Positions 24,635 to 34,786 of a stretch of DNA of 39,730 nt are shown piece after piece. The stretch covers positions 1-39,730 of the IMG/VR virus record IMGVR_UViG_3300016484_000140; one strand, written 5' to 3'. A program made the position numbers and the translations under genes. This stretch comes from a virus (Duplodnaviria > Caudoviricetes). A model generated the notes under the pieces. That model did no database searches, was not told where the DNA came from, and saw only the letters and a program-made list of their open reading frames with translations. The first letter of the stretch is position 1; every line of letters begins with the position of its first letter.

Positions 24635-26485
24635 ATGGGTCTAATTGACCGATTTGCTGAAAAAGTTGCGGAGCAATTACAGAAAGCACCTAATCTTCCT
24701 GTAGGTTCCGTAACTTTAACAGAACAGCAAATGCGCAACGTATCGGGGCGCACAAATGTAACTTATGGGCAAACTGACCCATTACCTCGTAACGCCATTA
24801 CGCCTACTGTTCCGTTTTCACCGGGTTCTCCAATTGTTCCGGGCGCAATTAATCCGCCTTCTGAAAGTGGAAGACCAGACCCACGCCGTTTTGAATATCA
24901 AGTAGCACAAAATATTAATATTACGGAAACTAGATTAGTTCCGTTTAAAACTCTACGTGCGGCGGCAGACCAAATTGATATTTTGCGCCGTTGTATTGAA
25001 GTAAGTAAGGCAAAAATACTTGGTTTAAATTGGGATATTGTTCTTGCCGAAGATAGTGCTGAAAAACTTATTAGTGAAATTGGTGGCGCTCGCGTTCGTG
25101 CTATGTCGGTGGCACGCGAAAGATATACCGATGAAATTTCACGCCTTCGTTCATTTTGGGAACAACCAGATAAGGCTAACGGATTACTTTTTTATGACTG
25201 GTTGAATATCGCACTTGAAGAAATATTAGTGCTTGACGCGTGGGCAATTTGGCCGCAACCAACAGTAGGCGGCGAATTATTTGGATTACAAATTCTTGAT
25301 GGTTCAACTATTAAACCATTAATTGACGATAGAGGTATGCGCCCTACGCCACCTTTCCCTGCGTTCCAGCAAATCTTGTACGGCTTTCCACGTAGCGAAT
25401 TTGCCGCACCTACCGAAAATGAAAGCGCAGATGGCGAATTTACTTCCGATGAACTTGCCTATTTTATCCGTAATCGCAGAGCCACAACTGTTTATGGTTA
25501 TAGCCCAACTGAACGCGCTTTGCCATTAGCCGATATTTATTTGCGTAGGCAACAATGGTTACGCGCCGAATATACAGATGGCGTTACACCAGAATTGATA
25601 ATGAAAACTGACGCAAACTTTGGTAATAATCCTAATTTGCTAAAGGCGTATGAAGATATTTTCAATTCCGATTTGGCTGGACAAACAGAACAACGTAAGC
25701 GCGTAAGACTTCTTCCAGCAGGTATGGAACCAGTTCAATACGACGGATACGGCGAACGTTTTAAAGATACGTTAGATGAGTATTTGGTTAATTCTATTTG
25801 CGGTCATTACGGCGTATTACCAAGCGAAATCGGATTTAATCCAAAAAACGGATTAGGCGGTTCTGGTTTCCAATTAGGACAAGCACAAAGTTCTGAAGTA
25901 TTAGGCGCAATTCCATTAGCAACTTGGGTGGCGCGTATGTTTTCTCATTTGTCTTATATGTTCTTAGGTATGCCACGCGAACTTGAATTTAAGTTTATGG
26001 AAAGTGGTCGTCAAGATTTGGAATCAATTGCTCGCACACGCGATATTGAATTAAAGTCTGGCGCATTAACACTAAACGAAGCACGTTCATTAACAGGTCG
26101 CCCATTAATTGAAGCACCAGAAGCAGATATGCCTATTGTTGCCGTAGGTAATGGTGCGTATTTGGTAACCGAAGAAGGTTTCAAACCACTAGAAACTCCA
26201 GCCGAAAGCGGCGGTGAATTACTTGGTGGTTTTGACGCGCCTACTCCCGAACTAACTGCAAATGAAGCAGAAACAGTTCAAGGTGAAACCGAACGTGAAG
26301 AAATTGACGAAGGTAAAGCCGCGCAAGAGGAACTAAAACAATTCTTACGTTGGTTGCGTAAATCGCCAGAGCGTTCTTTCCGTTTTAAAGATGTTCCAGT
26401 TGTTTATGCTGACGTTCTCAATAAATTTGTAGCCACAAAGGATTACGACAGCGCACGCTGGTATGCCGAACGTTATCTAGCGTAG
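24635..26485 (+). CDS. Portal protein
   Basis: 616 aa; YGYSP, IC..YGV.P..IG and LTLNEAR...GRP motifs; first gene of the head module. Confidence 0.88.
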   Translation: MGLIDRFAEKVAEQLQKAPNLPVGSVTLTEQQMRNVSGRTNVTYGQTDPLPRNAITPTVPFSPGSPIVPGAINPPSESGRPDPRRFEYQVAQNINITETRLVPFKTLRAAADQIDILRRCIEVSKAKILGLNWDIVLAEDSAEKLISEIGGARVRAMSVARERYTDEISRLRSFWEQPDKANGLLFYDWLNIALEEILVLDAWAIWPQPTVGGELFGLQILDGSTIKPLIDDRGMRPTPPFPAFQQILYGFPRSEFAAPTENESADGEFTSDELAYFIRNRRATTVYGYSPTERALPLADIYLRRQQWLRAEYTDGVTPELIMKTDANFGNNPNLLKAYEDIFNSDLAGQTEQRKRVRLLPAGMEPVQYDGYGERFKDTLDEYLVNSICGHYGVLPSEIGFNPKNGLGGSGFQLGQAQSSEVLGAIPLATWVARMFSHLSYMFLGMPRELEFKFMESGRQDLESIARTRDIELKSGALTLNEARSLTGRPLIEAPEADMPIVAVGNGAYLVTEEGFKPLETPAESGGELLGGFDAPTPELTANEAETVQGETEREEIDEGKAAQEELKQFLRWLRKSPERSFRFKDVPVVYADVLNKFVATKDYDSARWYAERYLA

Positions 26486-26492
26486 GTTTCTA

Positions 26493-27401
26493 ATGAGGCA
26501 AAGCCGTGCGTGGAAGCAACGCAATAACGCAAAGGTTCGTTTAGCCGCTAGACGTGCCAAATTAATTCGTGATGGTATTAAAGAAAGTATTAATACTAAA
26601 GACGTAGTTGAAGCATTTTTACATAATATGCCTAGCACAAATATGACTACTGAACAAGCACGTAACTGGACTTTAACTCACGTTAGACCAAATAGTGCGC
26701 CGTTAATGGCGGCATTTAGAACTATTTATAGCGAAGCGTATGTGCTTGGTGAAGATATAGCGTTATCGGCAATTGCTAAAGCAAAGATAAATAAAGCACC
26801 AACTAAACAACAATTACAACGCGCTATCGGTGTTAATTGGGCTAACTGGAAACCGGGCAATAGAGCCGCCGCCGCATTAGTTCAACCGCCTAAAGGATTA
26901 CAAACGTTACTAGATAGACGCGGTGTAACAATTCAAGGTTTAAATAGAACTTCGTTAGACCGAATAGGAACGGCACTTGCTAACGCTTTAAAGAAAGGGC
27001 AAACACCGCAAGCCGTAGTAGGAACTATTTTGGAAGAAATTGCTGGTTATCGTGAGAAGTTGGCAAAGGATTTAGAAATAGAAATTGACGATATTTTGTC
27101 CGATAGCGAGCGCGCTTTAAATATTGCGCAAACGGAAATGAGCCGTGCCGTTAGCGTGGCGAACCGCGAATTATATGAAGATAGTGGCGTTGAACTGGTA
27201 GAGTGGTTGGTTGCTGAACCTTGTGATTTATGTCAAGAGAACGCGGACGCCTCGCCTATCCGTATTGACGAGCGTTTTCCTAGTGGAGATACGGAACCGC
27301 CAGCGCACCCTAATTGCGTTTGTGATATTGCGCCGTATGTTGTAGATACGCGAGATATAGGCGAAGACGCTTTATCCATAATTCTAGGAAACGAGGATTA
27401 A
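26493..27401 (+). CDS. Head morphogenesis protein (MuF/SPP1 gp7-like)
   Basis: RA..IAQTE, CDLC..N and PPAHPNCVC motifs. Confidence 0.9.
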   Translation: MRQSRAWKQRNNAKVRLAARRAKLIRDGIKESINTKDVVEAFLHNMPSTNMTTEQARNWTLTHVRPNSAPLMAAFRTIYSEAYVLGEDIALSAIAKAKINKAPTKQQLQRAIGVNWANWKPGNRAAAALVQPPKGLQTLLDRRGVTIQGLNRTSLDRIGTALANALKKGQTPQAVVGTILEEIAGYREKLAKDLEIEIDDILSDSERALNIAQTEMSRAVSVANRELYEDSGVELVEWLVAEPCDLCQENADASPIRIDERFPSGDTEPPAHPNCVCDIAPYVVDTRDIGEDALSIILGNED

Positions 27402-27403
27402 TT

Positions 27404-29074
27404 TTGGATATCCAAAATAAAGCCGCAGAAGGTTTTATACCACCAAAAAGTGTTCAACAAAATGCCGCACGTGGTTTAGAATTACGCCGCGAATTTGGTA
27501 GAGGTGGAACGGAAGTAGGCGTTGCTCGCGCAAGAGATTTATCAAATGGTAAATCAATTCCTTTAGAAACCATTAATCGTATGGTAAGTTATTTTGCCAG
27601 ACACGAAGTTGATAAAAAAGGAGAAAACTGGGGTAACGCTAGTAATCCTTCAAAGGGTTATATTGCTTGGCTTTTATGGGGCGGAGATGCTGGCAAAACG
27701 TGGGCGAATTCCATAGCAGAGAGAGAAAAGAAAAAGGACAAGTCAATGGCAATAGATACAACAAATGCGTATGCCGCAATTATTAAGCAAGAAAAGCAAG
27801 AAGACGGAACGCTACTTGTCTATGGTAAGGCAACTGACGATAGCGTAGATATTGACCAACAAATTTGTGACGCTGGTTGGTTAGAAAAGGCTATGCCAGA
27901 GTGGTTTAAAACTGGCGGTAATATCCGCGAACAACATTCAAATATTGCCGCAGGTGTTGCTAAAGAATTGGATAGCAAATCTGACGGACATTACATTTCT
28001 GCTTTAGTTGTTGACCCTGTTTCTGTTAAGAAGGTAGAAACTGGCGTGCTAAAAGGTTTCTCAATTGGTATCCGTTCTCCGCGTGTCGTGCGTGATAATA
28101 AAGCGGCTAATGGTCGCATTATTGACGGACAAATTGTGGAAGTATCGCTTGTAGATAGACCAGCAAACCCTAACGCAAAGTTAATGCTTGCTAAATCTGA
28201 TAATGGTTCTGACTTTACACAAATGGAAGAACTTGTAGAAACTGCCAAAGGAGTAGAAATGGAAGAAAAAGAAAACGAGAAGGCGGTTTCCGAAAAGCCT
28301 TCAAAGGAAGAATTACTAGAGCGTTACGCCGCTGCAAAACAAGCACTAAAAGAAATTACTGCTATGTGCAAAGAGGCTGGCGTAGAAATTGAAATTGACG
28401 GCGAAGAAGAAGCCGAAGAAAAGAAACAATATGGCGAAAGCGCCGAGGAAGAAACCGAAGAAGGTAGTAAGCCTGGTGCCGCTGAAGAAGAAGTTGAAGA
28501 AGCCGAAGGTAAGAAACCACTTGATAAATCAACTACTGAAAAATGCCTAGAGTGCGGCTGTAATCAAGTAGGTAATCCACACGGCGGCGGAGAAATTACT
28601 TTGCCAGATGGAACTACCGCTAATATGACTACCGCGCAAATGGTTTCACCAACACAAACTCCTAAGAGTGTTACAGAAATCATTCCAGAAACAACAATTG
28701 AGCGTTTGCCAACTGTTACTGATGATGATGTATATGAAGATGACGAAGATTTGTCTAACAAGACAATTACTGCAATTGTAGAAAAAGCCGTAAAGAGTGC
28801 AAAAGAAGCGGTAACTACCGAGATTAATTCCTATCAAGAGGAAATTAATAAGTTACAAGCCGAATTAGCAACGGCAAAAAGCAAGGCAGTATCTGGAGGC
28901 CCTAAGCGTTCAGGCGTAAAAATTGATATGTCGGAAGTTTCCGAACTATTAAATAAAGCGGCTGAATTTCGCGCAAAGGCTTCCGTAACCGCAGATAAAG
29001 ACTTGGCTCGCGGTTACCGTGAATTAGCGGCAGATTTTGACGCTAAAGCAAACGCAACCAAGCCAAGTAACTAA
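27404..29074 (+). CDS. Prohead protease-scaffold fusion with an extra N-terminal domain
   Basis: IREQH, LKGFSIG and EVSLVDRPANP (HK97-type protease); acidic/coiled-coil C-terminal half. Confidence 0.85.
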   Translation: MDIQNKAAEGFIPPKSVQQNAARGLELRREFGRGGTEVGVARARDLSNGKSIPLETINRMVSYFARHEVDKKGENWGNASNPSKGYIAWLLWGGDAGKTWANSIAEREKKKDKSMAIDTTNAYAAIIKQEKQEDGTLLVYGKATDDSVDIDQQICDAGWLEKAMPEWFKTGGNIREQHSNIAAGVAKELDSKSDGHYISALVVDPVSVKKVETGVLKGFSIGIRSPRVVRDNKAANGRIIDGQIVEVSLVDRPANPNAKLMLAKSDNGSDFTQMEELVETAKGVEMEEKENEKAVSEKPSKEELLERYAAAKQALKEITAMCKEAGVEIEIDGEEEAEEKKQYGESAEEETEEGSKPGAAEEEVEEAEGKKPLDKSTTEKCLECGCNQVGNPHGGGEITLPDGTTANMTTAQMVSPTQTPKSVTEIIPETTIERLPTVTDDDVYEDDEDLSNKTITAIVEKAVKSAKEAVTTEINSYQEEINKLQAELATAKSKAVSGGPKRSGVKIDMSEVSELLNKAAEFRAKASVTADKDLARGYRELAADFDAKANATKPSN

Positions 29075-29104
29075 TCAAAACAAACTCTTTACGAAAGGAA
29101 AACA

Positions 29105-30811
29105 ATGGCACTAACAGCCCCTAAAGCAGCCGATATGTTCGGCGATGCTAGTTCCGCTAAGGAACAGGCTATTGCTATGGACGAGTTCAAATCTGAACTT
29201 TCAAAGTCTGTATCACACGCTGTTACTGACCCAATGGCAGTTGCCGCTATTCGCGAAGGAAAGACAACTTTCGCAGCGGCTTCTGGCGACGCAGTTGCTT
29301 CACTAGAAGCACTTGCCGCTAATAAGTCATTGGCACCAGACGCAGTAAGCGCGCTTAATAACGCACTTTCTTCACAGCGTTTAGCAATGCAAGATATCCA
29401 AAAGGATATTACTCTTACATCACCACTTAGCACATCTTTCGCGGCATTTGACCTAGAAGCACCTGCTAAGTTGCTTACACCACGCCCAACTCCACTACGC
29501 AACAAAATTGCACGTAAGAAGGGTGTCGGTACTTCACACCGCGTAAAGCGTATCCTTGGATACACAGGTACAGGTACAGGTGGAGTAGGAAATGTATGGC
29601 CGGGTATTACAGAAAGCACCACAACCACATTTGGTTCTATCAACTACGAGCGTGGTCCAAAGATTTCTTATGCTGCTGACGACCTAATCTTGCCTTACAA
29701 CTCTTACTCACTATCAGATAGCGTTTCATTTGACGCTAACTTCTCTGGTATGGGTTATGAAGATTTGCGTCAATTGTCTTCAACTTCAACTCTCTACGCA
29801 ACAATGTTGATGGAAGAGCGTATGATGTTGATGGCACGCGGAACTGCTTCTGGTTATTCAGGCGCACTTTCTGCACCTACATTTACATTGGCAAGCCCAG
29901 TAGCAAGCGGTTCACAAACTGCTCTTGCGGCGGCAACTTATTATGTAAACGTTACTGCTGACGCAGGTATTTCTGGTTCTGGTTTCGGTGAATCAATTCT
30001 CGGAACAGAAGCAAGCACCGCAGTTGCCTCTGGCGACGTTCTAACAATTACTGTTAACACCGCAGTTGCTGGCGCACTTGGTTACAACATCTACGTTGGA
30101 ACCGCAACAGGCGCGGCTAACTTGAAGTATCAGGGAACTCTAAAAGGAACTGGTACCTTCACAATTCAGGGAGCAAGCGCAAGCGTTACAGGTAACAACG
30201 CGGCATATAGTACATCTGGTGCTGCTGCTTCACGTGCTACATCTGATACTTCTGCTTACGCAACAGGTTATGACGGAATTCTCCCAACAGTTTTGGGTTC
30301 AAACTCTGGTTATAACAACTCAATTAACAGCACATTCTCAACATCAAATCCTGGTGTTGAATATCAGACCGTGTTTTATAACCTTTACAACAGCGTAAAG
30401 GCTGACCCAGATGAGATTTTGATTAACGGCGCAGACCGCAAGCAACTCTCTGATTCAATTAAGAACGGTTCAACCGCAAACTATCGTCTAACTCTTACAC
30501 AAACAGAGGCTGGCGATTACGTAGGTGGCGCAACAATTGGCGCGCTCTACAACGAAGTAACTGGAAAGATGGTTCCGCTAACGGTTCACCCTTGGCTACC
30601 ACAAGGCGTATCGCCTGTTCTTTCCTACACACTTCCAATTCCAGACACAGAAGTTTCTGATGTATGGGCAAACTTTATGGTTCAGGACTATATGGGTATC
30701 CAATGGCCTGTAACTCAGTTTGCTTATGAATTCTCAACATACTTCCGTGGAACATTCTTCTGCACCGCACCTGCTTGGAACGGCGCAGTTTCAGGAATTG
30801 TAAACGCGTAG
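29105..30811 (+). CDS. Major capsid protein with a large beta-rich insertion
   Basis: Position after the protease; TPLRNKIARKKG.G, EE.M...RG, YDGIL and VHPWLPQG motifs; biased codon use; downstream hairpin. Confidence 0.82.
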   Translation: MALTAPKAADMFGDASSAKEQAIAMDEFKSELSKSVSHAVTDPMAVAAIREGKTTFAAASGDAVASLEALAANKSLAPDAVSALNNALSSQRLAMQDIQKDITLTSPLSTSFAAFDLEAPAKLLTPRPTPLRNKIARKKGVGTSHRVKRILGYTGTGTGGVGNVWPGITESTTTTFGSINYERGPKISYAADDLILPYNSYSLSDSVSFDANFSGMGYEDLRQLSSTSTLYATMLMEERMMLMARGTASGYSGALSAPTFTLASPVASGSQTALAAATYYVNVTADAGISGSGFGESILGTEASTAVASGDVLTITVNTAVAGALGYNIYVGTATGAANLKYQGTLKGTGTFTIQGASASVTGNNAAYSTSGAAASRATSDTSAYATGYDGILPTVLGSNSGYNNSINSTFSTSNPGVEYQTVFYNLYNSVKADPDEILINGADRKQLSDSIKNGSTANYRLTLTQTEAGDYVGGATIGALYNEVTGKMVPLTVHPWLPQGVSPVLSYTLPIPDTEVSDVWANFMVQDYMGIQWPVTQFAYEFSTYFRGTFFCTAPAWNGAVSGIVNA

Positions 30812-30818
30812 TTTGAAA

Positions 30819-30858
30819 TAAGTTGTGGTGCGTCAAATAGTGGGCGCACCACAACTTA
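30819..30858 (+). terminator. Hairpin after the capsid gene (U-tract-less terminator or mRNA stabiliser)
   Basis: 16-bp stem TAAGTTGTGGTGCGTC / GGCGCACCACAACTTA. Confidence 0.7.
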
Positions 30859-30877
30859 ACTAAAGAAGGAGGGTTAT

Positions 30878-31153
30878 ATGCCAAAGATGATACCGCCATC
30901 AGGTTTGAAAGAAGTTGCTATCAAAACTGAACGTGGAACTAAGGTTTATAAAGCAGGGCGTGATGGATTAATTAACGTAGATAATCCAAAACACGCAAGA
31001 CAAATGAAAGACGAAGGTTTAGGGCAAGCAAGCACTAGCGGCGCAATGGTAGGTGAAGGATTTCCTTGTACCGCGTGTGGTTTTGGCAGTTGGTTTAAAA
31101 AGTGTTCGCGTTGCGGACACGAGAACGAACGAATTATGAAAGACGGCGACTAA
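30878..31153 (+). CDS. Hypothetical protein with C-terminal Zn ribbon
   Basis: CTACG.....KCSRCG; AAGGAGG RBS. Confidence 0.7.
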   Translation: MPKMIPPSGLKEVAIKTERGTKVYKAGRDGLINVDNPKHARQMKDEGLGQASTSGAMVGEGFPCTACGFGSWFKKCSRCGHENERIMKDGD

Positions 31154-32040
31154 TGGCAACTGGCGTAACACCTTTAACGTTTAACGAATATCCTTATATA
31201 ACAGCCGCCGAATATAAAAACGCGCCAACAAGTATTGATTACGATAACTTGGTTGTAGGCGGTAACGCAGAAGCACAAGACGCTGAATTAGAACGCGTAA
31301 TACTTCGTGCTTCATCTTTTCTTGACGAATATTTAAATCAAAATTTAGTTGCTTCTTCACGCACAGAAACACAACGCACAAGATTTACTCCACAAGGTTA
31401 TATTGAACTTCACCCATATCAATATCCAATTATTTCGTTACAAAGTTTTGAATATGGCGCAGACCCAAACAATTTAGTAACGCTTACCGACCCTTCAACA
31501 TCTTGGTTTGAAGAACAACAAATTATTATTCCAATTAGTCAATTATCATTAACTTATTCTTCGCAAGGACCGCTTTCTTTTGGCGGTGCTGGTTCTAACG
31601 CATATCAAATCTTTACCAAATATAATTACACCGCAGGATACGTTAATAACGCTATTGCTAGCGCAACTGCTGGACAAAGTTCAATGTTAGTTGGTAACGC
31701 AACTGGTATTACTGCTGGCAGTATGTATCGGATTTATGACGGCGCAAAATCTGAAACTATTTATGTGGCAAGTAACTACGTTTATGGTTCAACAACGGTT
31801 CCCTTAGTAGCCCCATTAACGTTCAGCCACGCGGCTGGCGTGACCTTTGGTAACTTACCTACTGCGATTAAGCAAGCGGCTATTCTTGTAACCACCGCGT
31901 TTTTGAAAGTTCGTGGCGATAACTCTTTAACTATGAATATTACTTATACACCTACCACTAATATTGAAGCGGCTCAACGTTATGGCGGAGATATTGCTAT
32001 GGCACTTGAAATGGTTAGCCTTTATCGGAGAGTGCGTTAA
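31153..32040 (+). CDS. Head-tail adaptor/connector
   Basis: ATG 31153 by TAATG coupling; RAS..LD.Y, YTAGY, LP.AIKQA and YRR motifs. Confidence 0.7.
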   Translation: MATGVTPLTFNEYPYITAAEYKNAPTSIDYDNLVVGGNAEAQDAELERVILRASSFLDEYLNQNLVASSRTETQRTRFTPQGYIELHPYQYPIISLQSFEYGADPNNLVTLTDPSTSWFEEQQIIIPISQLSLTYSSQGPLSFGGAGSNAYQIFTKYNYTAGYVNNAIASATAGQSSMLVGNATGITAGSMYRIYDGAKSETIYVASNYVYGSTTVPLVAPLTFSHAAGVTFGNLPTAIKQAAILVTTAFLKVRGDNSLTMNITYTPTTNIEAAQRYGGDIAMALEMVSLYRRVR

Positions 32041-32528
32041 TGGCTGGTCGTTCTGGTGTTCGTCAAACTTTATTTACATTTCTTTCAAATCCACCGATAG
32101 AAACGTTAAATCAAGTTTTACTTTCATTTCCAAAACGTATCAATTTTCAAGTCAATAGTCAGCCCGGTCAGTTAAGCCGTGCGGCGGTAGTTATTTTTAT
32201 CCAAAGTGAAAATGAAACACGCCTTGCTATTGGCGGTGCGCATAATGGTTGGAAACGTGTTGATTATTCCGTTATATTACAAATTTATCACCATAGTCTT
32301 CAACGAAATGCGGAAGCCGCTATGACGGATTTTGATACACTTGTTGATAATATTAAGACAAGGTTACGCTCTAACCACAACTTTGGTGACGAAAGCGGCA
32401 CTTTAGTATGGCAAGGAGCAGAACCAATTATTAGCGCGACCTACGGCGAACCTGCCACAACGGAAGAAGGAGCAACGGAAACGTTTGCTGAACTTCAGTT
32501 TGACGTAACCGAGATGGTACAAGCATAA
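32040..32528 (+). CDS. Tail terminator/completion protein
   Basis: Size and position upstream of the tail tube gene; beta/alpha pattern. Confidence 0.55.
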   Translation: MAGRSGVRQTLFTFLSNPPIETLNQVLLSFPKRINFQVNSQPGQLSRAAVVIFIQSENETRLAIGGAHNGWKRVDYSVILQIYHHSLQRNAEAAMTDFDTLVDNIKTRLRSNHNFGDESGTLVWQGAEPIISATYGEPATTEEGATETFAELQFDVTEMVQA

Positions 32529-32537
32529 GGAGAACAA

Positions 32538-32726
32538 ATGAAATATAAATATAACGGAACAGATGAGCGCGTGTTCCCTTCGCTTGGAGTTGTTGTAAAA
32601 CCGGGCGAAGAATTTGACGCGCCCGATAATTTTAGCGCGCCAAATGTCACCGCAGTTGGTGCGTCTAAACCAGCAATTAAACCAGCCACAGCAACGCCTT
32701 TGGCAGAAAAGCAGGAGAGTGAATAA
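32538..32726 (+). CDS. Small hypothetical virion-module protein
   Basis: AAGGAG RBS; V.PGEEFD motif. Confidence 0.65.
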   Translation: MKYKYNGTDERVFPSLGVVVKPGEEFDAPDNFSAPNVTAVGASKPAIKPATATPLAEKQESE

Positions 32727-33712
32727 TGACCGTACAAGCCTCGGTGCGTTCCTACGTTGGTATCGCCAAAGAAGCAACCAAAGGAACAGCAGTAGCACCA
32801 ACCGATTTTATCCCAGTAGCAAAAGATAGTTTAAAGCCAGTAGATGTTATTGACCCACTTTACGATACTGGTTTGCGTGGTTCTAACGTAGTTAATTACA
32901 ACTACATTCCGGGCCGCAAGCGTTCCACATTTGATTTTGGCGGCGCAGTATTTGCCGACACTATTGGATATTCATTAGCAGGAATTATGGGCGCAGTTTC
33001 CACATCTGGCGCAAGCGCACCTTATACACACACAATTTCTTTGCTAAATTCTTTAACTTCTGGAACAGATACACAACCAATTTCTTACACACTTACCGAT
33101 TTTTATGCGGTAGATGTTCGTTCATATCCAGGTTGCCAGTTCAGCGATTTCTCATTGAAGTTTAACGCTGATGGAATGTTGGAATTTGATACAAAAACCA
33201 CAGGTTTTTCATCTTCAACTGTTGCTGACCCAAGCCCTTCATTTAGCACAGTATTACCTACGCCAGTATGGCAAGGAACTGTATCTATTGGCGGTTCAGC
33301 CGTGTCTTATTCAATGGAAGGAAATATTGATTTAGCACGTGCGGTAACACCTATTTACGGCATTAGTCAGACACAAGACCCATATCAGGTATTTCTTGGA
33401 CCACTTGAAGTAACTGGAACAATTAAGTTCATTATGACGGCAGATACCGAATTAACACGTTATCTAACTAATACACAACCAGCAATTGTTCTTAACTGGG
33501 CATACGGCGCAGGTTCAAGCGCAGTTCAAATCCAAGCAACAATTACTAAAGGTGCTTATACCGCCGCCGCAATTGAACGTGGTGACGATTTTGTATCCGT
33601 AACAGTAGAACTAAACGGACAAGCAAATACAACCGACGCTGGTGCGTCTGGTGGATATTCGCCTATTAAGTGGGTTCTACAAAACGCAAAGGCTTCTGGC
33701 ACTTACGCATAA
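32726..33712 (+). CDS. Major tail tube protein
   Basis: GIAKEAT.GTAVAPT.F N-terminus; 328 aa; upstream of the chaperone and tape measure genes. Confidence 0.85.
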   Translation: MTVQASVRSYVGIAKEATKGTAVAPTDFIPVAKDSLKPVDVIDPLYDTGLRGSNVVNYNYIPGRKRSTFDFGGAVFADTIGYSLAGIMGAVSTSGASAPYTHTISLLNSLTSGTDTQPISYTLTDFYAVDVRSYPGCQFSDFSLKFNADGMLEFDTKTTGFSSSTVADPSPSFSTVLPTPVWQGTVSIGGSAVSYSMEGNIDLARAVTPIYGISQTQDPYQVFLGPLEVTGTIKFIMTADTELTRYLTNTQPAIVLNWAYGAGSSAVQIQATITKGAYTAAAIERGDDFVSVTVELNGQANTTDAGASGGYSPIKWVLQNAKASGTYA

Positions 33713-33724
33713 GCCAGAAAAGAT

Positions 33725-33813
33725 GTGTTGAGGGGGTTGGTTGAGTGGGTCGCCTTCCCCCACTCCCACCCCTCAACACCTTAATAAATAAATCGGAAGG
33801 CAACTACGGAAGG
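33725..33813 (+). promoter_or_regulatory. Long hairpin whose loop can pseudoknot with downstream GGAAGG sites
   Basis: Stem 33725-33749 / 33759-33779, loop TCGCCTTCC; complements GGAAGGC (33795-33801) and the RBS GGAAGG (33808-33813). Confidence 0.65.
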
Positions 33814-33820
33814 AAATAAA

Positions 33821-34180
33821 ATGGCTAAGAAAGAAGTAGTTTTACCAATAAGCAAGGCAAAGGTAACTCTTAAAGACCCAAAGGAACTAAAGGTAAAAGA
33901 CCGCAAAAAGGTTTACGCTAATGCGGCTAATGCTGAACAAGGTATTATGCAAGCGTTATCACTAACTGATGGACTTATTGCCATAATGGTTGATAGTTGG
34001 GATTTGGAATTACCAATTCCTTCGGTCAAAATTTCTGTTTTAGATGAAATGGAAATGGCGGATTACGATTTTCTAACAGAACAAACCAAAGACGCACAAA
34101 AGATTTTGTTCCCAGCCTTAGCAGAAACCGAAGAAACCGTGAAAGACGTTGATAGCCCTTTCGGCAACTCCAACGCCTAA
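33821..34180 (+). CDS. Tail assembly chaperone (G)
   Basis: Between the tail tube and tape measure genes; slippery heptamer near the 3' end. Confidence 0.8.
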   Translation: MAKKEVVLPISKAKVTLKDPKELKVKDRKKVYANAANAEQGIMQALSLTDGLIAIMVDSWDLELPIPSVKISVLDEMEMADYDFLTEQTKDAQKILFPALAETEETVKDVDSPFGNSNA

Positions 34181-34383
34181 AATGGATACTTGAAGGCGGC
34201 GAACGCCACGAAGCCTTTAGTTATCCAGATGAGGAATGGTTTTATTATCTATTAGCAAAAGAATTTGGTTGGACACCTGCGCAAGTAGATGAACAACCAG
34301 CGGCATTATTGGACTGGTTAGTTCATATATCGGCAATAACGAAAAAGGTGGAAAGTGATAACCTCAAATCTGAAATTGGTTAG
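33821..34383 (+). CDS. Tail assembly chaperone G-T via -1 frameshift at C-CCT-TTC (34156-34162)
   Basis: X-XXY-YYZ heptamer in the correct phase; the -1 frame is open to TAG 34383 and encodes LAKEFGWTPAQVDEQP. Confidence 0.8.
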
Positions 34384-34786
34384 AGATAGTGTTACTAAAG
34401 CCACCAAATCTATTGACGAAGGTGCGCGTAACGCTCGTGACGAAATGATGGTTGCGTTAATTCAATTATCTAAAGAAGAAATTCAAGGGCGCAGACCAAA
34501 AGGTGAAAAGGCAACTGCTGGTCTTCCACCTATGAATAGAACAGGTAATTTGCGCCGTTCAATTCGTGGTGAAAAAATTACTAAAGGTTTTGGTAAATAT
34601 GAAGCCATTGTCGGACCAACAATTATCTATGGTCGGGCGGTAGAATTAGGTGGTAATTTTGCGCCACGCTCTTGGAAAGGAACTACTGCTATGCGCGGTT
34701 TCCCTTATATGGCACCTGCCTTTAAAAAATTCCAAGTTATTGCCCCTGCCATTGTTCGCAAAAATTTAACAATAGGCGGTAAATAA
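34355..34786 (+). CDS. HK97 gp10-like neck/tail component
   Basis: RTGNLRRSI, YGRAVELG and PYMAPA motifs. Confidence 0.75.
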   Translation: MITSNLKLVRDSVTKATKSIDEGARNARDEMMVALIQLSKEEIQGRRPKGEKATAGLPPMNRTGNLRRSIRGEKITKGFGKYEAIVGPTIIYGRAVELGGNFAPRSWKGTTAMRGFPYMAPAFKKFQVIAPAIVRKNLTIGGK

